NCBI GenBank assembly: GCA_016196885.1
Contig: JACPWU010000024.1
Span: 30,001-62,000 of the forward strand
Reading direction: 5' to 3'
Source: Chlamydiota bacterium
GTDB lineage: Bacteria > Auribacterota > JACPWU01
DNA length: 32,000 nt
This document shows, piece by piece, positions 7,647 to 17,426 of this stretch (position 1 is its first letter; every line of letters begins with the position of its first letter). Below the pieces are notes generated by a model, which saw only the letters and a program-made list of their open reading frames with translations, made no database searches and was not told where the DNA came from. The position numbers were made by a program, and so were the translations under genes.

Positions 7647-9158
7647 TCATGCTTGCCAATATCCACCCCTGTCAGGACCGATGCGGCTCAGCCGTCCTTT
7701 TTCTTTGAGCTTTTTGATAGAGAGATCAATGGTCTTCTTAGAGAGTTTTCCCTTCAGGAGTATTTCTTTTTTGCTGATATGGGGATTCTTTTTGATGAAT
7801 GACAAAATCATCTTCTCTGCTGAGGTTAATTTTTCTACCCCCTTTTCTACCCCCTTTTCCGGGTTGTTCAGGGTGTAGGGTGGACGTTCGAACGTGATGG
7901 TGAAAAAGGCATTGCTTTCGATTTTGGGAGCTCTCAATCCTGCTTTTTTCATGAGGTCATGGATTCTCTGAATTCCTGTGCCCATGCGCTCAACGATGTC
8001 CATCCGAGCGAAGAGATCAGCGATCAGTTCATTTCGTCTTAACGAGATGTGGGTCAATGAATGCAAAGTTAAGCCTTCAGGAAGGCCGCCTGGATTCCTG
8101 ATCATCACTCTATCTTGATGTACTTCCACCATGATGTTTGTTCCGCGCATGCTGTAATCGCGGTGAATGAGGGCGTTTGCCAAGGCTTCACGCAGCGCTT
8201 CAATGGGGAGTTCATAGATATCCTTTCGCTTGGCCCCTTTGATTTCACTTCGCACATTGAGATGCTTCTTCAAAAACTGGAGGGATTCATTGAATTGGGT
8301 CAAAAGATCGTCTTGGATGTTGTTGCGGTCGTAGATGTCCACACGATTTGTTCCTTTGAAGGCTGCGCAAATCGTCTCGCACTGCGCAAGGTAATGTCTC
8401 GGGTCTTTGGCAAAGAAAAGGACGCCGGCATTTTTAATTTGCTTTGAATCACTTAGGTTAAGGCTTGTCAGAATGGGACGAGGCTCAATCAAGCGAACCT
8501 CAATGTTGGCCTCCTCAAAAAAATGGCGTATTTTGAATTCATCAACCTCTTTCCACGACACGCCAGGATGAATCTGATCTTCGAAAGACACCTTAAACGC
8601 TTGTTTAAAAAGAATCTCAATTTCCTTTCGATTCATCTTTTGGGTCACTGCATCCAGCCTTCGGAAATAACCTTCCCCACAGCTATAGGGTTTCTCAAAT
8701 CCTTCCTCAATTTCTATCACAGCTACTTTTCCGATTTGGGACATTCTCTTGATCGTGATGGGAGGCGCACACTTCCTGGCAAGATCAGTGATCTCGGCTT
8801 TCATTCTGTTCGTGAGTCTTTCACCTCGAACGGTACCCTTATCATCTACACCCAGAAAAATATAGCCGCCCTTCGTGTTAGAAAAGGCCACGATATCGCG
8901 GTCCATCTTGGAGGTGTATCTTTCCTTAAACCCAGAATTTGCAATAGGCCGCGGAATTCGACGCAAGATCTTGGCCATCTTGACCTTCAGAAATACTCGA
9001 CAGGCAAATTTTTGCATGCCTCCGTTTTCTTCAGGCCAATCTGGCTCAAGCTCTTGCGTCTCGGTTTTAAACTCGACCGTTAGACCTTCGCCTTCAGCGA
9101 CGAGAAGTTTCAGATCCTTTAAATTCATGTGGGATGTTTTTCTCCATTTCTCTATCAT
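7647..9158 (-). CDS. Schlafen/AlbA_2 DNA-binding domain + HATPase_c_4-like ATPase + C-terminal wHTH protein
   Basis: N-terminal GEGLTVEFK ... IVAFSNTKGGYIFLGVDDKGTVRG (AlbA_2). Central NALIHRDY...IRNPGGLP (HATPase_c_4-like). C-terminal wHTH. An alternative start is at 9128 (MNLKDL). A 12-bp unit repeated 2.5 times at 7831-7860 encodes KGVEKGVE. Confidence 0.75.
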   Translation of the reverse strand: MIEKWRKTSHMNLKDLKLLVAEGEGLTVEFKTETQELEPDWPEENGGMQKFACRVFLKVKMAKILRRIPRPIANSGFKERYTSKMDRDIVAFSNTKGGYIFLGVDDKGTVRGERLTNRMKAEITDLARKCAPPITIKRMSQIGKVAVIEIEEGFEKPYSCGEGYFRRLDAVTQKMNRKEIEILFKQAFKVSFEDQIHPGVSWKEVDEFKIRHFFEEANIEVRLIEPRPILTSLNLSDSKQIKNAGVLFFAKDPRHYLAQCETICAAFKGTNRVDIYDRNNIQDDLLTQFNESLQFLKKHLNVRSEIKGAKRKDIYELPIEALREALANALIHRDYSMRGTNIMVEVHQDRVMIRNPGGLPEGLTLHSLTHISLRRNELIADLFARMDIVERMGTGIQRIHDLMKKAGLRAPKIESNAFFTITFERPPYTLNNPEKGVEKGVEKLTSAEKMILSFIKKNPHISKKEILLKGKLSKKTIDLSIKKLKEKGRLSRIGPDRGGYWQA

Positions 9159-9269
9159 GATAGATAGTATATCAGAATCTTTTTGGGGATGGGGGACGAC
9201 GAGGGCTAAACATCCTTTTTGATTTGTTTACCCCTAATAGTTTGATAGATTTTTGGGTAGGGAAGATGT

Positions 9270-10997
9270 ATGGACAAACACGAAGTGGCTCAGATTTTAG
9301 AAGAGATTGGGGTTCTTCTGGAACTCAAAGGAGAAAATCCATTTAAGTCGCGGGCCTATGCCAATGCGGCTCGATTGATTGAAGGATTGGACGAAGATCT
9401 TGAGACGATGGTACGGGAAAAAAAGCTCGAAGAATTAAAAGGAATCGGCGAGGCCCTTTCTGAAAAAATTACGCAGCTTGTCACCACCGGTCATCTCCCT
9501 TATTATGAGGGTTTGAAAGAATCCATTCCTAAAGGTTTGCTCGAAATGCTTGCCATACCCGGTTTAGGACCTAAAAAAATTCAGGCCATGTATGAGAGAT
9601 TGAAAATTTCGGATGTGAGTCAATTGAAAAAGGCCTGTCAAGAACATCACTTGCTTAAACTCGAAGGTTTTGGCGAAAAGACAGAAGAAAAAATTTTACA
9701 GGGGATTGAATTCGTAGAGAAAAATGCCTCCCGCCACCGTTTTGACGAAGTTTATGGAGAGGCCCAGATTCTTTTGCAGATTTTGGAGAAAGACAAGCGC
9801 GTCCTTCGAATCAATTTGGGGGGGAGTCTTCGCCGGCATAAGGAATTGATTAAAGACATTGATATTTTAATCAGCGCCCGAGAAAAAGACGCTCCTGGCC
9901 TAATGGATTTTTTTACGGGTCTTCCTCAAGTTGAACGTGTGATTGCAAAAGGGGGCACCCAATCGAGTGTTCTCTTGAAAAAGGGGATCCATGTGGATTT
10001 GCGGGTGGCAAGCGAGCAAGAATTTCCTTATGCGCTTCTTCATTTTACGGGGAGTGCACAGCACAACACGGCCATGCGAAGCCGGGCGAAGGGCATGGGG
10101 ATGAAGCTCAATGAATATGGACTTTTCAAAAAAGAAAATCGTCTGGTCCCATGCAAAGATGAAGAGGAAATTTTCAAGGCACTGGGTTTAAGTTTTATTC
10201 CACCCGAGATGCGCGAAGATCTTGGAGAAATTGAGGCTGCGGAAAAAGGAAAAATCCCAAAATTGATTTCTGTGAAGGACATCAAGGGGATTTTTCATGT
10301 GCACAGCACTTGGAGCGATGGGAAGGCGTCTTTAAGGGAAATGATTCGCGCTTGTGCGGAGCGCGGCTATGAATATGTCGGAATTTCAGACCACAGCAAA
10401 TCGGCTTCTTACGCCCATGGGGTGAAAGAGGATCAGCTCAAAAAACAGCATGAAGAGCTGGATCGCTTGGCCGAAGAATTTAAAGAGATTCGGATTTTTA
10501 AGGGGACGGAGGCGGATATTTTAGCCGATGGCCGAATTGATTATGATGAAAAAATCTGGCCGAAATTTGATTTCATCATTGCCTCCATTCACAGCCGTTT
10601 TGGCATGAGCGAAAAGGACATGACGCGCCGCATCATCCAGGCGATGGGAAATCCTTATGTCACTTTTTTAGGTCATCCCACGGGGCGACTTATTTTGGAG
10701 CGAGAACCCTACGCCGTGAATTTACACGAGATCATGGATGTGGCAAGCGAATTAGGGGTCGTGATCGAACTCAATGCCAGTCCGCACCGCTTTGATTTGG
10801 ACTGGCGGCTTTGTCCTTATGCAAAATCAAAGGGCGTCAAATTAAGTGTGAACCCGGATGCCCACAGTGTGGAAGGGCTGGACGTAGTGTCATTAGGTGT
10901 GGGCATTGCCCGCAAAGGATGGCTCGAGGCCAAGGATGTGGTGAATACGATGACAGTCAAGAAGATAGAAGAGTTTTTGAAGAAACGCAAATCCTAG
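9270..10997 (+). CDS. polX: family X DNA polymerase with C-terminal PHP domain
   Basis: HhH motifs (GIGEALSEKI, GLGPKK). Pol-beta NTase core GSLRRHKELIKDIDILI. PHP motifs HVHSTWSDG and ISDHS. Confidence 0.9.
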   Translation: MDKHEVAQILEEIGVLLELKGENPFKSRAYANAARLIEGLDEDLETMVREKKLEELKGIGEALSEKITQLVTTGHLPYYEGLKESIPKGLLEMLAIPGLGPKKIQAMYERLKISDVSQLKKACQEHHLLKLEGFGEKTEEKILQGIEFVEKNASRHRFDEVYGEAQILLQILEKDKRVLRINLGGSLRRHKELIKDIDILISAREKDAPGLMDFFTGLPQVERVIAKGGTQSSVLLKKGIHVDLRVASEQEFPYALLHFTGSAQHNTAMRSRAKGMGMKLNEYGLFKKENRLVPCKDEEEIFKALGLSFIPPEMREDLGEIEAAEKGKIPKLISVKDIKGIFHVHSTWSDGKASLREMIRACAERGYEYVGISDHSKSASYAHGVKEDQLKKQHEELDRLAEEFKEIRIFKGTEADILADGRIDYDEKIWPKFDFIIASIHSRFGMSEKDMTRRIIQAMGNPYVTFLGHPTGRLILEREPYAVNLHEIMDVASELGVVIELNASPHRFDLDWRLCPYAKSKGVKLSVNPDAHSVEGLDVVSLGVGIARKGWLEAKDVVNTMTVKKIEEFLKKRKS

Positions 10998-11176
10998 CCC
11001 GCATTTCTCATCAGATTTCGTCGCGAGAGCGCCGAGTCCGCTTTGGATGCGAGGAAGACGACCGAGGCCATGTGAGGCATACTTTACAGTATGTTGAGCG
11101 TGGCCGACCGAGTCTGACGAAGCAGACGAGGCGGAATCGGCGCTCGCAGCAGAAATGTGATGAGAAATGCGGGCTA
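10995..11176. mobile_element. 182-bp inverted-repeat element between convergent genes
   Basis: TAGCCCGCATTTCTCATCA (10995-11013) is the exact reverse complement of 11158-11176. Imperfect pairing continues to about 11041/11131. An inner hairpin lies around 11064-11106. ATCC flanks both ends (10991-10994 and 11177-11180). The terminal TAG and CTA are the stop codons of polX and the HAD gene. Confidence 0.55.
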
Positions 11177-11872
11177 ATCCATTTCAACAAATTCAAAGAA
11201 GGCGTCAATGTCTTCCAACGTTTCCACAAGATAATCCGCGAGGCAAGGTTTCAGTTTGTCCATGTCATATCCTCCCGTCGCAACAGCAATCGCCTGGGTC
11301 CCTAAAATTTTTGCGACTTCAATGTCTCGTGGTGTGTCCCCGATGATGAAAATATTTTCAGATTCTATTTTTGTTTGCGATAAAGCCTTCGCCCTCGAAA
11401 TTCCCTTTTTTAAAAGTTCAACACGATCGGGTGAGTCCGAGGCAAATCCTCCGAATGAAAAATAAGGATTCAATCCTCCGCGTCCCAGTTTAATTCTCGC
11501 ACCTTTCTCTAAATTACCTGTTCCCAGCCCCACCACAAAATTGCAAGAGGTAGAGGCAAGGGTCAAGATTTGGAGAATTCCGGGAAGGACCCGATAACCT
11601 GGAGATTTTTCGATTTCCTCTTTTAAAAATTCAAAATAACTCTCGAAGAAAATCACTTCTTCTTTCCTAGAAGGGGAAAGGCCTGACTTTCGGTATCCCA
11701 AGACTTCTCGATAAATTCGAGGGTCTGTATTGCCGGCGACCGTGACGCCTTCTAACGGCTCATCCAAATCATAATGAATCTTGAACGCCTTTGAAATGGC
11801 CCGAACCCCTGCTCCCCCTGTTCGCACCAACGTTCCATCCAGATCAAATAAGAGTAATTTCTTCTTTTTCAT
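11174..11872 (-). CDS. HAD-superfamily hydrolase (phosphoglycolate phosphatase-like)
   Basis: Motif I LLFDLDGTLV and motif IV IIGDTPRDIE. 232 aa. Confidence 0.8.
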   Translation of the reverse strand: MKKKKLLLFDLDGTLVRTGGAGVRAISKAFKIHYDLDEPLEGVTVAGNTDPRIYREVLGYRKSGLSPSRKEEVIFFESYFEFLKEEIEKSPGYRVLPGILQILTLASTSCNFVVGLGTGNLEKGARIKLGRGGLNPYFSFGGFASDSPDRVELLKKGISRAKALSQTKIESENIFIIGDTPRDIEVAKILGTQAIAVATGGYDMDKLKPCLADYLVETLEDIDAFFEFVEMD

Positions 11873-11945
11873 GGGGGAGAATCATAGCGTAAAATTTCTC
11901 AGCGTAAAGCGAAAAAATGATGTTTTTGGAGTGGGAGCCTGTAAA

Positions 11946-12221
11946 ATGATTCTCATGGATAAATTACCCTATTCCTGCAAAGAAGTTCTGGAGCTTTACG
12001 GATCAGGAAAGCAAGAGATTGACCAGCTTGAGGGTCTGCTAAAATCGTACAACAAGCGGGATATTTTCGCTGAGATCTATTATTCCCATCGTGATACCCT
12101 TTCTTACGCCACGCTCGTCATTTTTCTTCCTTGGACATTTCATGTAGAAGTTTCGAAATTTGATCCTAACGTCTTCAAGAAGTGGCATTCAAAATCCTGT
12201 GAATCTTCGCCGCCAGAATAA
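11946..12221 (+). CDS. hypothetical protein
   Basis: 91-aa ORF starting MILMDKLPY with no recognisable motif. Its 3' end overlaps the convergent dehydratase gene by 47 nt. The start is uncertain. Confidence 0.25.
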   Translation: MILMDKLPYSCKEVLELYGSGKQEIDQLEGLLKSYNKRDIFAEIYYSHRDTLSYATLVIFLPWTFHVEVSKFDPNVFKKWHSKSCESSPPE

Positions 12222-12525
12222 AATCATTTTCTGAAAGGCCGCCAATGGCGTGGGTGGATAGCTCGATGCGGAGTTTTTTATAACCATAAAGATAGAGATT
12301 GGGATGGTGGCCTTCCTCTTCGGCCAGGGATCCAATTTTGTTCACCAAATCCAGAACGGCTTTAAAATTTTTGAGGACAAGATTTCGCCTGATTTCTTTG
12401 CCGTCCGGGGCCAATTCCCAACCGGGAATTTCTTTTAAAAAGGTCTCGATTTTTTCTGTAGCCATAGGAGGAGTTCCACCATGACAGGGTTGGCATTTTA
12501 GGTTTTTGAAGTTATGTGGATCCAT
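12175..12525 (-). CDS. pterin-4-alpha-carbinolamine dehydratase (PCD/DCoH)
   Basis: Motifs CQPCHGGTPPM, IPGWEL and EEGHHPNLYLYGYKKLRIELSTHAIGGLSENDF. Start taken at M38 of the tracked ORF. Confidence 0.85.
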   Translation of the reverse strand: MDPHNFKNLKCQPCHGGTPPMATEKIETFLKEIPGWELAPDGKEIRRNLVLKNFKAVLDLVNKIGSLAEEEGHHPNLYLYGYKKLRIELSTHAIGGLSENDFILAAKIHRILNATS

Positions 12526-12627
12526 GCTCTTGAGTCTCTCTCTTTTGCGAGTGAATTTCAAGTTGGAAAAGAGGGGTGGAAAAGGAGTAGAATAGACGAG
12601 GCCATTGACCTGTGAAGGGAGTTCATC

Positions 12628-13173
12628 ATGAATCAAAATGTTGTCATGACAGCTTTGGGGCAGGATCGGCCGGGCATTGTGGCCGCGGTTTCGAAGGTGC
12701 TTTATGAGGTGGGGTGTAATCTCGAAGATTCCAGCATGACCATTTTAGAAGGTGAGTTTGCCATGATTTTGGTGGTTTCCTTACCCGAAGGGATGTCTTT
12801 GGAAATATTGGATAAAAAACTTGAATCTGTTCGCCGGTCCCTGGGTCTCTCTATCTTTCTGAAAAGCATGAAAGAGGAAGAAACAAGGCGATTGTCTCCC
12901 CATATTCCTTCGCATATGATCAGTGTGTACGGGATTGACAAGCCGGGCATTGTTTATCAAGTTTCGGATCTTTTGGCGCAAGAAAAGGTGAATATCACGG
13001 ATGTCAATACCAAGCGGGTCTTGGAAGGAACGTCGCCTCTTTATATGATGATGTTGGAAGTGGCTCTGCCTAAAGATTTGGATGAGAAAAGTTTTCAGAA
13101 AAAGCTTGAAGATTTAGGCCATCGACTGTCTGTGACCATTACTTTTCATCCCATTGAAACGATGACCCTTTAA
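12628..13173 (+). CDS. tandem ACT-domain protein (GcvR-like)
   Basis: Two ACT modules: VVMTALGQDRPGIVAAVSKVL and ISVYGIDKPGIVYQVSDLL. Confidence 0.75.
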   Translation: MNQNVVMTALGQDRPGIVAAVSKVLYEVGCNLEDSSMTILEGEFAMILVVSLPEGMSLEILDKKLESVRRSLGLSIFLKSMKEEETRRLSPHIPSHMISVYGIDKPGIVYQVSDLLAQEKVNITDVNTKRVLEGTSPLYMMMLEVALPKDLDEKSFQKKLEDLGHRLSVTITFHPIETMTL

Positions 13174-13175
13174 CT

Positions 13176-13682
13176 ATGTCTCGCTTGAGTGTCCTTCATT
13201 TTCCAAATCCCATTCTCAAAGAAAAATCTCTGGATGTTGTCCCTCCCTTTGAGACTTATCAAGCCTTTGCCAACGATTTTGTTGAAACCATGCTCGCCTT
13301 TGCGGGTTGTGTCGGGCTTGCAGCTCCTCAGGTAGGGACGCTTCTTCGTGTGATCGCGGTGGATGTCAGCCGGTATCGAAAGCCTGTCAAGGGCCACGGG
13401 CTTCATCTTCTTTTCAATCCGGTCCTTTCCCAGGAACGCTTCTTGCTAAATCAACGCGAAGGTTGTTTGAGCGTTCCTGATTACACGGGAAATGTCCCAA
13501 GATATCAGGCCCTGACGGTTGAGGGATTTAATTTACGGGGAGAAAAAATTCGCTTGGAGGTCGAGGGATTTGAGGCAGTTGTGTTTCAACATGAAATAGA
13601 TCATTTGAATGGGCTTTTATTTTTGGACCGCGTTTCATCGCTGAAGACAGATGTGTTTCGCAGAAAGAGCTTTTTACACTAA
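13176..13682 (+). CDS. def: peptide deformylase
   Basis: Motifs GLAAPQVG, EGCLSVPD and QHEIDHLNG. Confidence 0.95.
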   Translation: MSRLSVLHFPNPILKEKSLDVVPPFETYQAFANDFVETMLAFAGCVGLAAPQVGTLLRVIAVDVSRYRKPVKGHGLHLLFNPVLSQERFLLNQREGCLSVPDYTGNVPRYQALTVEGFNLRGEKIRLEVEGFEAVVFQHEIDHLNGLLFLDRVSSLKTDVFRRKSFLH

Positions 13683-13685
13683 AAA

Positions 13686-13761
13686 ATGGATCATTGAAAA
13701 TGGACAATTGACAATTCCCTACTCCAGGGAGTTTTTTTATTTTCAATTTTCAATGATCCAT
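13686..13761 (+). repeat. heptad-repeat hairpin with a nested weak terminator downstream of def
   Basis: ATGGATCATTGAAAAT (13686-13701) pairs perfectly with 13746-13761. The arms have a 7-nt period (ATGGATC ATTGAAA ATGGACA ATTGACA and ATTTTCA ATTTTCA ATGATCC). Inside is a 5-bp stem (13716-13720/13726-13730) followed by G and T7. Confidence 0.6.
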
Positions 13762-15477
13762 TATCAATTGAATAACATGCCCCCACGAACTCAAGAACTA
13801 CGAAGATTAAAATTGCTTTACGACATGGGCCGCGTCATGACCTCGACGCGAGAGCCCCGGCAAGTGCTGAAATTCTTGATCCGAGAGGCCGTTCGAATCA
13901 TGAAGGCCACGAGCGGGTCTATTCTTCTCATCAAGCCGAGGACCCATTTGCTCAGCGTGGAAGTAGCTCAGAACATCAGTCAAAGAAAAATCAGATCGTT
14001 GGGTTTGAAGGTGGGAGAGGGTGTGACGGGTTGGGTGGCGAAGACAGGACGCCCCTTAAGAGTTCCGGATGTGACGCGGGAACCCAAATATGTTCAGGTG
14101 GAAAAAAGGATTCGTTCGGAGCTGGCCGTTCCTCTCATTTTGAAAAAGAAGGCGATTGGTGTCATCAATGTCAATAGCATTCGGCCCAATGCCTTTACTC
14201 AAACGGATCTAGAGCTTTTATCGAACCTGGCGACTTACTCGGCTCAGATGATTCAAAATGCGCAGCTTTTTTCGGATGTGCGCCGCGAGGCAGAGAAACT
14301 CACCTCCCTTTTTGGAATTGGACAGACCATGATTTCAAGCATTGATCTGGAAGAGGTTCTGGATCGTGTCACGCGGGAGGCCGCGAAACTCACCGAGACT
14401 AAAATTTGTTCTCTCATGCTTTTGGACGAAAAAAAAGAAGAGCTTTCCATTCGAAGTGTGTATGGAGGATCTGAACGCTATGTTCGCAAGCCCAATCTCC
14501 CCGTTCGCCAAAGTCTTTTGGGGAAGGTGGTGCTGAAAAAAAAGGCCTTACAGGTTTTGGATGTGAAGGAGAGCAAGGCGTACCGTCATCCAGAGATGGC
14601 CGAAGAGGAAGGGCTGTGTTCTCTTCTTTCTGTTCCCATGATTTTTCAAGGAAGGGTGATTGGGATTTTGAATGTTTACAGCAATACGCTTCGTCATTTC
14701 AGCCAAGAGGAGATAGATGTGCTCTTTGCACTCGCGAGTCTCTCGGCCATGGCGATTGAAAACGCGCGACTTTATGGACATACGATTCGGGCTGAGGAAT
14801 ATTTGCGTCAGCAGGAGCGGTTGGCCATTTTAGGTGAGGTGGCGGCTGAAATTGCGCATGAGATTCGAAACCCCCTCACGGTGATCAAGATGTTGATTCA
14901 GTCTATCGAAAATAAATCGCAGGAAACAAAGGAGGGAATGTTTAAAAAAGATGTAGAGGTTGTAGGTGAGAAAATTCGTCACATGGAGCGCATTGTTGAG
15001 CGGGTTCTTTCCATGGGTCGCCCGGGTGAAATGTCTTTGGAGCTCACGGATATTCGCAAATGTTTGGACGAAACACTTTCTTTCATGAGATTTCGCTTGG
15101 CTCAACAAAGAGTGCATTGGGAAGAAAATTATGAAAGAGGAATTCCCCCTTTAAATTTAGATCGAGGTCTGATCTCTCAAGCCTTTTTGAATATCATCTT
15201 AAACGCAATTCAAGCCATGCCTCAGGGAGGTACCTTGAGGGTTTCTCTGAAGAAAAAAGGAGATAAGGCACTCATTCAATTTGAAGACACGGGAGTGGGT
15301 ATTCCAAAAGAACATTTGGACAAACTTTTTCAGCCGTTCTTTACTTCCAAAAAGGGAGGGACTGGACTGGGTTTGGCCATTGTCCAAAGAATTGTAGAAA
15401 GTCATTCGGGTCGGATTTATGTTGAAAGTGAATTGGGCAAAGGCAGTCTTTTTACGATAGAATTTCCGATCAGGTGA
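13753..15477 (+). CDS. GAF-GAF sensor histidine kinase
   Basis: Two GAF-like regions, H-box EIAHEIRNPL and ATP-lid GTGLGLAIV. No adjacent response regulator. The start is uncertain (ATG at 13753 or 13777), and neither candidate has a clear SD. Confidence 0.8.
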   Translation: MIHYQLNNMPPRTQELRRLKLLYDMGRVMTSTREPRQVLKFLIREAVRIMKATSGSILLIKPRTHLLSVEVAQNISQRKIRSLGLKVGEGVTGWVAKTGRPLRVPDVTREPKYVQVEKRIRSELAVPLILKKKAIGVINVNSIRPNAFTQTDLELLSNLATYSAQMIQNAQLFSDVRREAEKLTSLFGIGQTMISSIDLEEVLDRVTREAAKLTETKICSLMLLDEKKEELSIRSVYGGSERYVRKPNLPVRQSLLGKVVLKKKALQVLDVKESKAYRHPEMAEEEGLCSLLSVPMIFQGRVIGILNVYSNTLRHFSQEEIDVLFALASLSAMAIENARLYGHTIRAEEYLRQQERLAILGEVAAEIAHEIRNPLTVIKMLIQSIENKSQETKEGMFKKDVEVVGEKIRHMERIVERVLSMGRPGEMSLELTDIRKCLDETLSFMRFRLAQQRVHWEENYERGIPPLNLDRGLISQAFLNIILNAIQAMPQGGTLRVSLKKKGDKALIQFEDTGVGIPKEHLDKLFQPFFTSKKGGTGLGLAIVQRIVESHSGRIYVESELGKGSLFTIEFPIR

Positions 15478-15580
15478 TTTTTTTTGTTCATCCAGATTAA
15501 ATATTCACAGCCATATTTGAACATTTGAGTCTTGGATTTGTTTAGTGTTTAGAGTTTAGTGTTTTATTTCGTGTCAGGGG

Positions 15581-17422
15581 TCAATTACAAATAATAAGCC
15601 GACAATGGTGAGGTAATTTTTTTGCAAGGCTTCGAATCACATGGCCACGCAACATGTGATAGAAGGTGGATCTACGGCTACTGCCCACCATCACCGCAGT
15701 CACGTTCAATTCTATCGCAGCTTGATAGATGGCTTCCGCGGTATTGTAAGAGACCATCCAAATCGGAATGATCTGAATATTTTTCTCCCGTACTTCCTGA
15801 AGAACAAATTTCAAAATTTTAATTCCTTCTTCATTGGGGGCATGTGGGGTATCCCCTGCAAAAAGTCCGGGCCATTCTTCCACATAGACGCAGTAGAGGG
15901 CGACGTCTCCAAGGCCCTTGGCGCGAATGATTCCTTCACGGATGAGATTGAGATTGGTCCCACGCAGGGCAATTAAAATCGAAGAAGGGTAAAGCGGTTT
16001 TAAATCTATGGCCTGGGCGAGGCTCATCACATCTTTCATTTCTTCTTCTACCAGATTTTCTGAGGCTTGAAAGGCCCGCTCTTGCATCCGTTGTAGCGCA
16101 GGAATCCTCTGGAGAAGGTGCATGAACCAATCTTCACGAACGCCGGTCGCGATGAGCATGCCGATGGCCGTCACGGTTCCTCCGAAGAGCGTGGCCAAAT
16201 CTTTTTCAACAAGGTTGATGGCCCATGCGACAATCACGATTCCTGTGGTAAAAGTTCCAATCCAAAATCCTAAGCCCCGTCTTCCCAGGCCCCATCTCAA
16301 AACATCGAGGCTGAGCGATGAAAAAACGAAGGCGCCCAAGAGACCGAAGGCATACATGTCGCCGAGGAGAGCCATTTTCCCTTGTGTCATCAGAATGATA
16401 AAAATGGGAAAAAGGGTGGCAATGAAAATAGCAATGTGCGGGGTGTTGAATTTTGAATTTCGGGCCGTGATACCGCTGGGGAGAAAGCCTCTGTTGGCCA
16501 GGGCTAAAAAAACATTGTACGTTCCGATGATGGCTGTGTTGGAAGCAAAGAGAAGCAGGGAAGATGCAGTCAACACAACCGCAATTTTAGGCCAAAATCC
16601 TCCCGCCACAAAGGCCAGCTCAGAAATAAAGTGTTCACTCTGGGTCGCTTTGACATCCCCAGAAAGCATGGCGATGGCCAAGGTCGTGAGTGTGGGACTG
16701 GTTAAAACCATGGTCACGATCACGGCCAGCATTGCCACTCGGGTTGTCTTACGCAAAGGGAATCGAATCGCAGGACTGATTTGACTGATGCTTTCCAATC
16801 CTGAAAAGGCGAGCCATGAAGCTGAAAATCCGATCAGAAGTTGATAGAAAGACAAATGATGGTAAATCCCGGACAGGGAGCGAAACATCTCTAGCATTTG
16901 TGAAAAACTCATGTGAATGAGGCAAAGTCCAATCACGATGAGGTCAATGGCAAATGCACCTAGGGCCATGACGAGGGCCACCGTTGCGCTTTCTCGAATT
17001 CCAATGATGTTCAAGATGGCGAGCACCACCAGACCTGCACAGGCCAGGAGGGTGATATGGACTTCGATGAAAGGAAACACGCTGCTGATATAATGAAAAC
17101 CGGAGACTGAAGAAATCGCCGTGGTCAAAAAATAATCCACAATGATGAGCATTCCTCCCAGGCATCCCCACATGGGGCCAAAGGCCTTGGTGGTGATGGT
17201 CACAACGCCCCCTCCTTCTGGGTTTCGCCAGGCGATTTCTGTGTATTTCAGGGCGAGGAAAATGAAGCCCAAGGTGGTGAGAAGAACGAAAAAAGGGGTC
17301 GCATCTTGGACATGGCCGTACAAAAGACCCGGGACATAATAAATAGAGGTCCCAATGTCACAAAAAACAACAGCCCATGCCAAAAGCCAATTCAGTTGTC
17401 GTGTATCTCGTGTCGGTTGCAT
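15581..17422 (-). CDS. APC-family amino acid/polyamine permease fused to a C-terminal universal stress protein domain
   Basis: About 440 aa of polytopic membrane domain are followed by a USP-like tail (ILIALRGTN...VTAVMVGSSRRS...RLIICN). Confidence 0.75.
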   Translation of the reverse strand: MQPTRDTRQLNWLLAWAVVFCDIGTSIYYVPGLLYGHVQDATPFFVLLTTLGFIFLALKYTEIAWRNPEGGGVVTITTKAFGPMWGCLGGMLIIVDYFLTTAISSVSGFHYISSVFPFIEVHITLLACAGLVVLAILNIIGIRESATVALVMALGAFAIDLIVIGLCLIHMSFSQMLEMFRSLSGIYHHLSFYQLLIGFSASWLAFSGLESISQISPAIRFPLRKTTRVAMLAVIVTMVLTSPTLTTLAIAMLSGDVKATQSEHFISELAFVAGGFWPKIAVVLTASSLLLFASNTAIIGTYNVFLALANRGFLPSGITARNSKFNTPHIAIFIATLFPIFIILMTQGKMALLGDMYAFGLLGAFVFSSLSLDVLRWGLGRRGLGFWIGTFTTGIVIVAWAINLVEKDLATLFGGTVTAIGMLIATGVREDWFMHLLQRIPALQRMQERAFQASENLVEEEMKDVMSLAQAIDLKPLYPSSILIALRGTNLNLIREGIIRAKGLGDVALYCVYVEEWPGLFAGDTPHAPNEEGIKILKFVLQEVREKNIQIIPIWMVSYNTAEAIYQAAIELNVTAVMVGSSRRSTFYHMLRGHVIRSLAKKLPHHCRLIICN

Positions 17423-17426
17423 TCAA

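Noticed and set aside
10811-11305. 164-aa + ORF and 72-aa - ORF (11011-11229) crossing the polX/HAD junction
   Set aside because: They run through the 182-bp inverted repeat and out of frame or antisense through well-supported genes. Their arginine- and serine-rich composition is typical of spurious frames.
11871-12221. Longer version of the hypothetical ORF starting at MGENHS (11871), or the tracked start at 11781
   Set aside because: These extensions overlap the HAD gene start on the opposite strand and add no motif. I kept only the minimal 11946 start, at low confidence.
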